Positions 13,570 through 25,100 of a stretch of DNA of 64,000 nt are shown one piece after another (the first letter of the stretch is position 1; every line of letters begins with the position of its first letter). The notes under the pieces are model-generated. The model ran no database searches. It was not told the origin of the DNA and was given only the letters and a program-made list of their open reading frames with translations. Both the position numbers and the translations under genes were made by a program. This stretch comes from Lama guanicoe. Lineage: Eukaryota. Where the stretch lies: the NCBI GenBank assembly GCA_013239625.1, contig MU053376.1:1636833-1700832 (forward strand). The letters are read 5' to 3'.

Positions 13570-14680
13570 TCTGAAAACTTAAATCATACTGATGAACTGG
13601 GTAAGAAATTTAAAAAGTCGGATGGAAACTCTGATTTCATAAGACTGTTAACAAAAAGGATTAGTTACATGGGAGCTGAGTGATAAATATAATTATAATT
13701 TTTGGTTTTGTCTAAACTATTACTGGCTTTTAATCCGTGTTTTCCAAATATAAAGAAACCCTTCTTGAGCTAACTATGCCTTTGTAAGTAGAATTAAATC
13801 ATTTATCCTTTTTCTCTCTATCTGATCCCTCCAGAGATTGGAAACTCTTAGGTTCCCAACAACTTAATCAGATAAATTAGGAAGATCACCTTCTAACAAG
13901 TCCAGGAATCTTGAGGTATTTTGGAACCTCAAAAAGAGAGGAATTCACCTAAATCTGTAAGGTAAGAGCTGTGACAGCTCCCTGGCGTGGCTTTCCTGGC
14001 CTCGAGTGTTTTGGGGAATTCCTTCTAAGGCTCCTTCTAAGGAGGTTCAACACAGCCAATTTAAAAGAACCTATATGATCTATTAGTCTTCATTTGTCTA
14101 CATTTGATAAAAATGAAGATACTTATAGAGAGAAAAAGATTATTCTTCAGTGGCTATTAAACTCGAGTTTTATTAATTGAGGTCTGTATTTACTAAGATT
14201 CACTTCCCAGACCATTCTTTACCCTTAGGTTATAAGGAAGGGGGCAAGACACTGCCAGCAAAAAGCTGTCTTGCCCCTGGGGATCATTACAAAGTTTAAT
14301 TACATTATTTTAAAAAAAGCTCCAGGTTTATTTCTAAAACTCATCTAAATGTTTTTCACAATCTTATGCAGAGTTAAAATTAATCCAATTGCTACGTTTA
14401 CGAAAAATTACATATATCCAGTACTTCTGGGTTACCTTGGTGGATTTCTCTACTCTAAAGGTCTAACTGGAAAATTATTTTTCAAAACAAAAGAAAAAGA
14501 AATTATAGTTCTGTTCAGGCCCCTAGTGATATTACTAGGTGAGAGTCCCTCACTTGGCCAGTTAATACCTGCTCTGATCCTGGCCGTAAAAATACATTTT
14601 CTTCTAAAGTTACTCGAGCTCAATCACAGCAACAAGCAGCAATGGAGTAGTGAATCACATGTAGAGCTTATGGGAGACTT

Positions 14681-15177
14681 GTGATGATAACAGTGTAACT
14701 CTAGATACGGGAAGAAGCAACAAGCAGGAATAACTTCCTGGACCATAACAGACTAATAAGACAGGTGGTCCAGAGGCTTTTTGCTACTGTTAATAAAGCT
14801 TCATCCCATAATAGCACATTGAGAGACCTATCAGCGAAATCCTTGCCTGACCTAGGAATGCGTTTTCCTAGCACCGTAGGACAAAACAGCCACGAAATGC
14901 CTCCCGAGCCTTGGTCGAATTTATGCTCACGGGGGCACGTTCCATCTGCCTCTGCGAGGGTGAAATCACCAGCCACTGAAGTCGCTGCCCTTCAGCACAC
15001 CCTGAAAGGAGCTCAGGGTGGAGATCGAGAATGAGACACTCTGTGCTCTGGGAAAACTGGCAAAACAGGCCTTCAGGTAGTTAGATATTTTCTGGGAAGA
15101 TATTATGAGCCCAAAGTCTTGCACCTCCTCAGATCTAGGAAAAAGGCACTAAAGCCATTCATGGTGACATCTGCTTT
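14681..15177 (+). mobile_element. Internal partial LTR (U3-like) of a different ERV family
   Basis: Shares atgagcccaaa..tgc..cctc...aaa.gcactaaa with the reverse complement of the solo LTR at 54875-55353; unrelated to the flanking LTRs. Confidence 0.55.
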
Positions 15178-15188
15178 GGCCATAAAGG

Positions 15189-15420
15189 AGAGCTGTCTTA
15201 CAAAACCACATGGCTCTTGACATCCTTACAGCCTCTCAAGGGGGAACATCGGCAGTTACACGTGCTGAGTGCTGTGCTGAACCCTGGATGAGTCAGACAC
15301 GTCAGTGCTTACAGCAAAGCAAAGACTGGTTCTCCCATGCCTTTTCCTGGATCCCTGAAGAGATAAGGTCTTTCTTTTCAGACATCTGCTGGGTTTATCG
15401 ATTTATCTTGGTATATGCTT
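15189..15420 (+). pseudogene. ERV env TM remnant with immunosuppressive domain
   Basis: AVLQNHMALDILTASQGGTSAVTRAECC (15192-15275) is a CKS-17-like ISD plus a CX6CC motif whose first Cys is lost. Confidence 0.85.
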
Positions 15421-15748
15421 AGTTCTGTTTTGTATTCCTCTCTTACAAAAACGGTTATCTCTCTTTGAGGTCCAAGAATTTAGGGAAAAACACACCCTTC
15501 CTACCAAGATTGCCGCCATGAACCAAGCCAACATCCTGGTGATGCAGCCCTTGGATGTCCCTGGGGTCTCCTTCCGCTCCCACCTTTAAGGCTGCAGGGA
15601 TGCCAGGGCCCCGTAACCCTGAACAGACTGGCGTGATAGGCAGGGCCAGCGCGACGCCCTCATTCGGCAAGAGGTAGATACGGAGGAAGAGAAATTCACC
15701 CCTATTCCAAAGATTTGCCACTGCCAATCTGTCTGGGAGTGGGGGGCA

Positions 15749-16206
15749 TGTGGGGCCAACAGGCACCCCTCTAAGTCCAATGACCCCTATTCCTGGGCTT
15801 CCAGATGTCTGTCTGCAGTTCCTGAGCAGACAAAGTGCATTCTTCATTGGGCATGTTTGCCCTAACAAACAGCCCGAGGTAACGCCTCATCTCACAGTGG
15901 CGCAGGCTGGCTTGTTGCAGCCCACTTTATTGGAGTGATAAACCCCACAGCCCTTCACGGACCCTCAACTTCTGACCTCACCTACAACCAGTCAGAGACT
16001 TGTGCACAAGCCGATCAGCCACCTTGTGATCCTATCTTATAAAACACCCCAACGACCGGCCCTTGGGGCTCACACAGGCACCCCTTGTCTGTGTGGCCCA
16101 CTGCTGTCTGTGGCAGCGCGCCCCTAGCAAACTTCTCCTTCCACTTTTCTTTGTCTCTGGTACATTCTTTCACCACCCGTGACACCAGCCTGCCTTGTCC
16201 TTGACA
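15749..16206 (+). mobile_element. ERV 3' LTR
   Basis: Preceded by the purine tract gggagtggggggca; TGTGGGG...CTTGACA; collinear with the 5' LTR. Confidence 0.9.
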
Positions 16207-18417
16207 ATTTCTGCATATTAATCGTGTATCCTGCTACTTTGCTGAATCCATTCATCGGTTCTAGTAGTTTTTATGTGGAGCCTTTAGGATTTTCTGCATA
16301 GAGTATCATGGCATCTGCGTATAATGACAGTTTTACCTCTTCCCTTCCAGTTAGGATATCCTTTATTTCTTTTTCTTGTCTGATTGCTGTGGTTAGGACT
16401 TCCAGTACTATGTTGAATAGAAGTGGTGAGAATGGGCATCCTCGCCTTGTTCCAGAATTTAGTGGGAAGGCATTCAGCTTTTCATCCTTTAGTATTATGT
16501 TGGTTGTGGGAGAAAATTCTTGATCATGTCCTCTGGTGCACCAGCAAGGGCTGTGTATATGCAGGGGTGCAATTGCAGGGGTGGAGGGTCTGTATGCAGT
16601 GCCTTTTACTCAGTATAGCCAAAAAATAGTTCTTCCAGTTTACTGTGGTGTCCATAAGGTAGAGCAGCATGTTTTCAGGGGTCAATGTAGGCTTAGGGAA
16701 GGGGACTCTTGGGTGCCGACAAGCTGGTAAGCCCTGAGATTTAACATTGGGAAATTCCTACCCCTAAGTATAGTCATTTATATGGTAATTCACAGAGCCG
16801 TGCACAGACTTGATAGTTTATCTCCAGAGCTGAGCTTCTTAGGTTGGAAACATTCGCCCAGTTATTAGCTAACACTCCAGGAGACAGCTTCCTCCTATAG
16901 GACACAGGAGAACCAAGAGAACTTGAGGTGATCTCACCACATCCCAGGGGACTTGGCATCTTGGCCAGAGCACGTGGGCTTGGGGGATTTCTTAGGCATG
17001 TGCCCTTCTCTGGCGGCAGAATCCAAGTTTGTCAGCCTTGGATTCAAGGCCATAGGGTGTGACTGACTGGAGGCAGCCAAGTCCTGGTTGGAGTTTTGTT
17101 TCTCTCTCTGCTTGTTCTTCATTCCGCCAATACTTGTTTTCATTTTTGCAAATGATTGGTTACATAATGTCTTACAAGCGTTCAAAATTTGCAGTGTAAA
17201 ATGATACAAGGAAAAGTCTTGCTCCCACTCCTGACTCCTGCTTGCCCAGTCCCCCCTGAAAGGTAACCACTTTTGTCCATTTCTTATCTATCCTTCTAGA
17301 ACTTTCTTTATATACAAGCAAAAATGATATAAAATCTTAGTTAAGCCTCCTGTTGTAGAAGAGAGCATGGGCTACCCATGGTTCTGCCATTGCTTTTTTA
17401 CGATGCGTTATTACACCGGACGTTTCATTGTTCTTTTTAAAAAAATTATTTTATTTTATTTTTAAGAATTTTATTCTATTGTATTCTACAATAGTTATTC
17501 ATCATCTACAAGCACCGATCTCTATGCTGAGGGCTGGCGTTAAAACAGGCCCAGCCTTCAGGAAGACTACAGTTTTAGGGCTGACAGCAAATAATTATGA
17601 TACAATATTGCAGAAGCTGTTCCTTCCAAAAATATTTCTTGAGTCTCAACCACTTGTCACGCACTGCTCTGGGCACAAGGGAGGTGATGGTGAAAAACGG
17701 ATGAAAACACAGGTGGAAACCCCAGCCCCATGGCACTCCCATCCCAGCGGAGCTGATGTTCTGGCCCTGTGATCGTGGGGGCCGTGGGGCACATGCTGGG
17801 GCCCCTAACCTGGTCTTGGGATGAGGGAAGCCTCACTGGAGGAAAACGATGCTTTAGCTGATCACTAATAGCTGAGGAGGAGTTAGCCCAGTGAAGCACC
17901 AGAGAGGGGCCAGTGTTTCCAACACAGGTCCGCCTGCCAGGCAGGGCAGGGAAGCGAGAGGCATCCCTGGGGACTGAGAGCAGGTCCTCTATTTGCAGCA
18001 TCAAGAGAAGTTGTGGCCAGAGCTGAGCCCTGACGAGCAGGCGGTCGCTGGCGGTGGAGGGCCTTGCAGATCACATGAAGAACTTGTCCCTGTGAATGTC
18101 ACTGTGATGGTTGCCATTTGGAGCAGCTAGGGAAAGGGACAAGAAGGGAGGGCAGTGTGGTCCAGGCAAGGCATGTGATTGGCTGGACCCTTCGGAGCAG
18201 AAGATGAAGGGAGAAGGGAGTGAAGGGAGACAGTGACGAGGTGGTGTTGACGGGACTTGGTGGGATGTGAGGGGGAGGGAGAGGAAGCCTCAGTTCCCTT
18301 ATCTGAAAACCGAGGCTACTGCCCTCCTCTGTGGGCGGTTCCGGGAATTTACTGATACAAGGAAGGCTCTTGGCGGTATTACTGCCTCCCACGGCCAACA
18401 CCCTCTTACCTGGGAGT

Positions 18418-18449
<32 letters not shown>

Positions 18450-19989
18450 GCTCCCTTCCAAGCTCATAGAGCTTATTTATAATTTTCCTGTTCTTCAACA
18501 AAGGAAATCTGTCCGATCTTCCAAGCCCTTGCTCCCCTCCCCGCCACACACACACACACACACACACTCACACACACAGTCTGGTACTGGCCATTGCCCT
18601 CTACTAGACCTACACTTCCCGCCTAGCCTGTCCCCTGCCCCAGCACACCCTCGAGGGAGCCTAAGGCGCGCACGCCACAGGGCTGGCCTCACGCTGGCCT
18701 GCTGTCCCAGCTGGGTCTGCCGTGCGTGGCTGTTAGTTTTGGGTGTCGCTGCCAGCGTGGCAGTTCTGTGGCTGCCACTGACTGTGTGCTCCTGGGAACA
18801 AGACCACATTGTGGGGGCCTGCCACGTACCTGACTCTGCTTGGAGGTGCCCAAGGCTGGTGGACGAGGCAGTGGGTGCCTTTGCTGAGTAGGAGACAACG
18901 CAGAACCAGACAGCATTTCTCAAGGTCCCCCTGGGCAGTGTGGTACTCAGTGGGGCTCAGCCTGGTTTATCTGGTGATAAGATTTGGTTGTTTTTTCTCA
19001 AGCCCAGGGGCATGTGCTCTCCAGAGCCCTGGACTGCAGCCTCTTTTTTTAGTTCACTAGCTGCCTGGAGTTGCCCCTCGGAGCAGGGCTGCAGTGGGTG
19101 GAGGGGTGGCCTGGTCAGAGCAGCCTTCTTAATCCGATCCTCTGCTCTGCAATGATGCTGCAGGAAGTGCCTCCCGCCCCTATCTGGCTCCAGTGGGCTC
19201 CACTTGGCTCGGAGTCACAGCCCCACATGCTGCCTCTCTGCCAATACCTGCCCCTACTGGGTAGTACCCAGGGCCAGTCTCTGACTCAGGGGTGGGGGTG
19301 AGGAGTGGCCCCAGTGTTTTGGCTCATCTCCCTCTGCGCTGGTGATTGGTCACTAGCCTGTCCCCTAGTCATGATAGGAGGGATTCTGTGGGCCCTCAGC
19401 CCCCCCCTCCACCCCCACGTAGGATGTTTGGTCCTGGCTCCTGACTCTGGGGAGATTCAAAATGTGTGGTCGAGGCCTGAGGTTGACTCTCCAGAAACTT
19501 AATCTCCCAGCTGCAGTGTGTCCGCAGCCTGCGTGAGCCTGGCCAGGGCGCTGTCATTTCGGAGGGCACTGAAAACACAGTGCTTATTCAGGCTTCCCGG
19601 GTGTCTGCCACCTGTGCTCAGAAGGACCCTGTGCTCGGTTTGATGATCCACTGTCACCATCTTTGAACTCACTGATTCTGGAAAAAGGGTGGGGCATCTT
19701 CCTTCTGCACTGGGCCCTGCGAGTTCTAGGCTGGGTCTGTTCTACTTTTTTCTTTTAAATTCATGCACAAGATTTTTATTATCACAGTCCGAATGTCCAC
19801 TCTGAAGCAAATGATTAAGAAAACAGTCATAACACTAAAGACTATTATACAGTTATGAAACACGGTGCAAATAAAAAGCTTCCTTTTTTTTTCCATTTTA
19901 CTTTTTGTTATCTTTGTATTCTCTTTGGTATCTTCTAAATTTTGAACCATGGTGACATTTTTCAAAAATTCAACAACCAAATACCACAA

Positions 19990-22060
19990 AGGATTAAAAC
20001 AAAGACAGACACATTTATTATTTGTTGCACACATTTGGAACGGTCCCTATGTCAACTGTGGTTCTTGAGCTGCTGTATAAACACCGCATGTCCAATCCAC
20101 AGCCCGACTGAGTCCCAGGAGGGCCTGTGTGATGTGCAGAGTGCCACCCCCACAAAGGACACAGAAACAGAGGTGTGCTCCGGGCCACCTGCTCCCATGC
20201 TAGGCCCATGCCGCTGCGCAGGACGAGCAGTTCTTATTTCACAGCTGTGTGGAGAGAAGGCGTTCTCCAAATTCTCTTGCTGACCTCCCCACCTGCCACC
20301 CCCCTACCTCTATGCACATCTTCAGAGTCGGATGACACTTGGAAGTGATAGGCTAACATCCCCAGCTCTGCTTGGAGCTCAGGGAAGGATATGTCTGTGT
20401 AGACAGAAGATGTCTGTGGTGGGCATGGATGTGGCCATGGGAGACCTTGTTGGGGGCCACCTTGCCCACTGCCTTCAGAATGGGCCCTGTCTACGCTGCC
20501 TGTCACCAGAAGAAAAAGTAGCTTATGACCTTAGAGTCTGCAGCGACAGAGAACCATGAATTCTCCCAGCCCCTCTCTTAGTATTTGTCACTGACGCAGA
20601 TTTCTGGCCTGAGTCATTGATGTTGCACTTTTTGCCCATCTCTCACCAGGCTTAAGAAATTGGGATTCTCCTGCCCCACAAATCTCGAAGGGCTGAAAAT
20701 ACCCGGAGACAGAGAGCCAGCTTTGAGCATCAGCACAGGAAAACGCTGTTCTTCAGGTGCCCAAGGAACTTGTGCTGCCTGCCGGGCCTGGAGGGGAAGG
20801 AGCACTGCTGCCCTCTGGTGGCCGGTTGGCAGAAACTCAGGGAGTCATCCAGGGGGCGGGGTCCCCTTTGCCTGTCTCTGACACAGCAGCTTTTAAATTA
20901 ATGTCTTTTCACTGTTTCTGGAACAAAGCAAGCTGGTCCTCGCCCTGGGGCCTTGGCCCCTGCTGCTCCATCTCCTCAGAATGCTCTTTGTCCAGAGTTC
21001 AGGTGGCAGCATCTTTCTCATTCTTTAGCCTTCGGGCCAATGTCACCTCCCCAGGGAAGCCCTCCTTGATGACTTTGTCTGAACTAGCACCCAAACCCAC
21101 CCCCGTCCCTCTCTGTCCCATTACCTTGTTTCACTTTGTTCAAGCACGTACTGGCTCTTTGCAAATATCTGCGTACATTCTGTGTCTGTTGCCTGTCTCC
21201 CTCATCAGAGTGTCCGGTCCCGGAGAACAAGGGCTTTGTAACATTTGTCACTGGACCTCAAGGCATCGTACATAGTAGATACTCAAAACTACTTGTTGAA
21301 AGAATAGTAAATGTATCTCAACAAGAGCAACTGAGATTTAAATAGAGCTTCTGGTCCTGAAAACCGCACTTTGATGTGGACAGGGCACACGCCACCCCCA
21401 CTGGACAGACGAACAAGCTGAGGCTCAGAGAGATTTCTGGGGGTAGCCTGAGCCCCAGCAGGGAGAAATGTGCCAGTTCCTGGTGGGTTTTCCTGGGCTC
21501 CCTCTGTCTTGCACTCTGGAGGGGGCAGACGGGGGTGTCCGGGGCCTGAACAGCTGCTGATGGGTGGAGGTAGACCCTCACTCCCTGGTCCCAGTTACAG
21601 AGGGAGCCTGAGCGGCACCCTTGTCCAAAGCTGTGCTGGGGCTTTGCGGGGATGCGGTGGATGGGGTGAGGAAGGCCAGGCCACAGGAGAATATGACAGG
21701 ACTCCAGAGACAGCAGCTTGTCTGCAGAGATGTGCCTCCTGGAGCAGGAGTGTGTCTGGGGAGGGCAGGTAGCAGGAAAAGCTGGAGACAGCAAGAGAAT
21801 TGTGTCTCTTCCAGGACTTGGCTGTGACATTCTGGGTTTCATGCAGACTCCCTGTCGTCACTAAACTCAGCCTGTGGCAGGGTTGCCCTCCAGGTCTGAA
21901 CCCAGTGCAGATGCGAGGGGGTTCAGGGCTCTGGCCGCAGAGCCTAGAGTGCTGGGTGGAGCCAGGGCAGGCGGTGGGGCTGGTGGGGCCGGGATGACCA
22001 GGGATGACCAGGCCCCAGGCATGCTCTGTCTTTAGGCCTACAGAGCAGGAGTCCGGAAGG
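19990..22060 (-). other. RAB7B: RAB7B 3' UTR (approximate end)
   Basis: Sequence between the stop codon and the AATAAA at 20019..20014; the cleavage site is inferred. Confidence 0.6.
20014..20019 (-). terminator. Probable RAB7B polyadenylation signal AATAAA
   Basis: Minus strand reads AATAAA tgtgtctgtctttgttttaatcctttgtggtatttggttgttg (GU/U-rich downstream element); a second AATAAA lies at 19780..19775. Confidence 0.6.
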
Positions 22061-22141
22061 TCAGCAGCATCGACTCCTGGACTGGTCTTCTGGTGAAAGC
22101 TTGATGGAGTCTGTGAGGTAACTCTCCAAGATGCTTCGATA
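22061..22141 (-). CDS. RAB7B: RAB7B last coding exon (YRSILESYLTDSIKLSPEDQSRSRCC*)
   Basis: Acceptor ctcttcctcctgcag at 22143/22142; 81 nt ending TGC TGC TGA (geranylgeranylation CC). Too short to appear in the ORF track; found by reading the reverse strand. Confidence 0.94.
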   Translation of the reverse strand, partial: YRSILESYLTDSIKLSPEDQSRSRCC

Positions 22142-25100
22142 CTGCAGGAGGAAGAGGGGAGTCAGCGTGTGCATCCTGATGGGCCGAGCACCCCCTGCCC
22201 GCTATTTCTTAATGACCAATGGCCCTTGGGCTTTCTGTTCCCTCCCTATTGTGCTGTTGGGAAACTGAGGCCCAGAGGAGGAATCCATGGTCTTCCCCGC
22301 CCCCTCCTCCAGCTCCTTCCAGGGACCCCACAGCAGTTGGGCAGCTGCGTTAGGGGCCCAGGTCTCCTGATCAGATCCTGTAACTCCATTCTCCAGAGGG
22401 GACAACAGAGGTGACGTTTGACCTCAGAAAGAGATGGCCATAGACCACTCCTCATTTCTGCAGGGGACCTCTCCCCACAAGCGTCCCCTCACCCCAACCT
22501 TCTCTCACCATATCCACCTCCCAACCGCCCACCACCCTCTGTCCTCCCCACATCCAGGGAGCTCCCCCACCCAAAATAGATTCACTGTATTTATGGGTCC
22601 TTTTTCTTTTCTGCCCATGCTCCCAAACCCTCCTGTCCCAACGAGAGCCAGAGAAAGCCCTTTCTCAGTCTGACAAGACTCTCCCCACCCAGTTGGCCAC
22701 TCCGCACCTATGACCCACTCGGCTTGGTTCAGGGGAGAGGGTAGGGGAGGGGAGAGGGGGTCCTTCTTCCAGGAGACGGAAGGGTCTCTTCTTAGAGGGG
22801 TCACATCTCTTTCCTTGGCCATGGCTCCCCCGCTCTCTGAGCTCCCAGGGTCAATGTTCCTCCTGCAGCTGGTGGTGTATGTGTGAGAGCAAGTGTATAA
22901 GTGGATGCACTGGTGTGGACCTGACCTAGGCAGAGCCCCCAGTGGGGCCGTCTGTCTCAAGTGCCCCTCTGAGGGGACAGCTTCCAGAATGGCGGTTGTG
23001 CCTTCACTGATTGTTTTCTCCTCCACATCTGCCGGGCTCTGGCTATGGTGAATGTCAACCAAACCCTTCATGCCCATGAACCCGGGCCCCAGGAGGCTGT
23101 TAGGCTTGCCCACTGCACCCTTGTGATGGGGGCCCCCAAGGCACATGAGAAGGTCCCCTGAGGCCCCATCACTCACTGCCACCTCCAGACTGAGCTCTAA
23201 TTTAGCCTGACTGCACAGAGCCCGCGGCGCTGGGCCTGGGACCCAGCCCTTCTTCACAGAGCCTGCTTCTTGGGGAGCCCTCATTTCTCACCTGCTCCCG
23301 GGTAGGGTCTCGGGGCCAGAAGAGCCCCAGTGTCCTTAGTCAGCCTGGGTGGTGGGTCCTGAGTATCCCTCAGCAAATTCTTTTGAGCTCTTAGAATTTT
23401 ATTTGTTTTATATATATATAATTTTTTTTAATAGGAAGGGTTAGTGTTGGGGAGCGGGGAGCAGTCTCTCCCAGTGAAAGCCTGTCCCTCCGGGGATGTC
23501 TCCGCCCCCAGCTCCATCTCCCGGGGGAGGATCCTAGCCGGCTGCCCGCAGACCCGGCCCGGTGCCCCGCGCCTCCCCCAGCGCCTCCCCCTGGGAGAGG
23601 AGGTGTCTGGGGAGAGAAAACGCCCCGAGGCTCCTTCCGCCAGCTCCGCCCGGGCCCCGGGTGCCGGCCCGGGTCTGCCTAGCGCCGGACACCGTCCAGC
23701 CCTCCTGCCGGCCCCTTCTGCAGGCGCCCTCGCGCCACTGAGCTAACTGTAGTCAAAATCCTGCCATTTCTGAGCCTCCCAGGGATGGACAAGGAAGAGC
23801 AGAGTGTTACTATTTAAGTCCCTTTCCAAGCTGACTGATTCATTTCTCCCGGAAAGACAGGCTTTTGAACGGATTCTCTTATTTTGGTACTTCCCTGGTT
23901 CCCCGTCGCACCGTGAAAGCCAGAGAACTTTCCTACTTGGCTCTTTCGGACCCAGAGCGGGCAGGCCGGTGGGCTCGCCGCCGCCGAGGGTGCCCCACCC
24001 TCACGTCCACACAAGGCGCAGCTGGGACCGGGAACCCGAAGCCCTGCCTCGTCCGCGATGCCAGGCTTCGGGGAGGGCTGCCGAGGGCCGGGCCGGGCAG
24101 CTGCGGGCTTTCTCAGCTGCTGCCCCGGGAAGGTGTGAGACACGCCCTCCTTCATTACACCGGCAAAGCCTGAGGTCTTCACGCCACCTCTCTTCACCCC
24201 GTTATGTTCCCACCCTCCCCAGGTCCAAGGAGCCCCAAGCTCTTCTCATTCCTGACATCATCTCACGTGATGCCGGCACCATCTTGCTCCTGGGGTTTCC
24301 TGCAAAACTTCCAAGTATGGGGCAGGTCATAATTAGGATGCCCGTGTAATTCTTTTCTCCAGACCCCGGTCCTCTTGGCAAACAAGTAAATTAACACTGT
24401 AATAAACTAAAGCATCATTTCAGTGGAGATGCGACGTGGGAGTCTGTCCCTCCCAGCCTGGTCACCTCCAGGGCCCTACCTTTAGATTCTGCATCCTGAG
24501 GACCTTAGAAGGGCCCTATAATTTCACTAAGCTCACCTGCTAGTCATCCTGCTTCCCTCCCGGACACGGCAACTTTGTCCTTCTCCAATGAATCCTAAGG
24601 GAACTGGGCCACCACGCTGCGGCTCACGCCACCAGGGCCCAGGCTGACCAGCCCCGCAGGGGTGGTATTGCCAACTTGGTAAGAGCAAAATCACGTCATC
24701 CCAATTCCCCCAAAGCAGGTGGGTGTCCCTTTATGATTATGAGGGCATTCTTTTTAAAAAATTTTTTTAAATTATTTTTTTTTTAAATGGAGGTACTGGG
24801 GATTGAACCCAGGACCTCGTGTGTACTAAGCATGTGCTCTACCACTGAGCTATACCCACCCCTCATGAAGGAATTCTTCTTTTTTCCTGTAAAATAATTT
24901 AATTCAGTTTTTGTTTCACTTTACATATATATACATATAAATATATATATATATATATTTAATTGAAGTATTAGTCATGTTTTGAATAACCATCCTAATC
25001 TTTGAAAGTAGCCAGATTGGGACACTAAAGTAACTACCCACCTTCTCTCCTTTCAAAATGTAAACTGGGTAACTAGGCCAGGGCTCTGCTTGCAAATCGC

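Larger units (their letters stand above)
9219..16206 (+). mobile_element. Degenerate class I (gamma-like) endogenous retrovirus with two LTRs, no recognisable pol
   Basis: TG...CA LTRs at both ends, 5-bp TSD ATTTC (9214-9218, 16207-16211), PBS after the 5' LTR, PPT before the 3' LTR, gag-MA and env-TM remnants. Confidence 0.92.
8018..16510 (-). mobile_element. L1 LINE fragment (ORF2 3' part), split by the ERV into 8018-9218 and 16207-16510
   Basis: Minus-strand translation [48 protein letters not shown] is typical L1 ORF2 C-terminus; the sequence is continuous across the ERV (gcaacagATTTC|tgcatattaatc). Confidence 0.9.

Noticed and set aside
22505..23284. 259-aa minus-strand ORF in the last RAB7B intron
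   Set aside because: No homology or domain signal; chance ORF in GC-rich DNA
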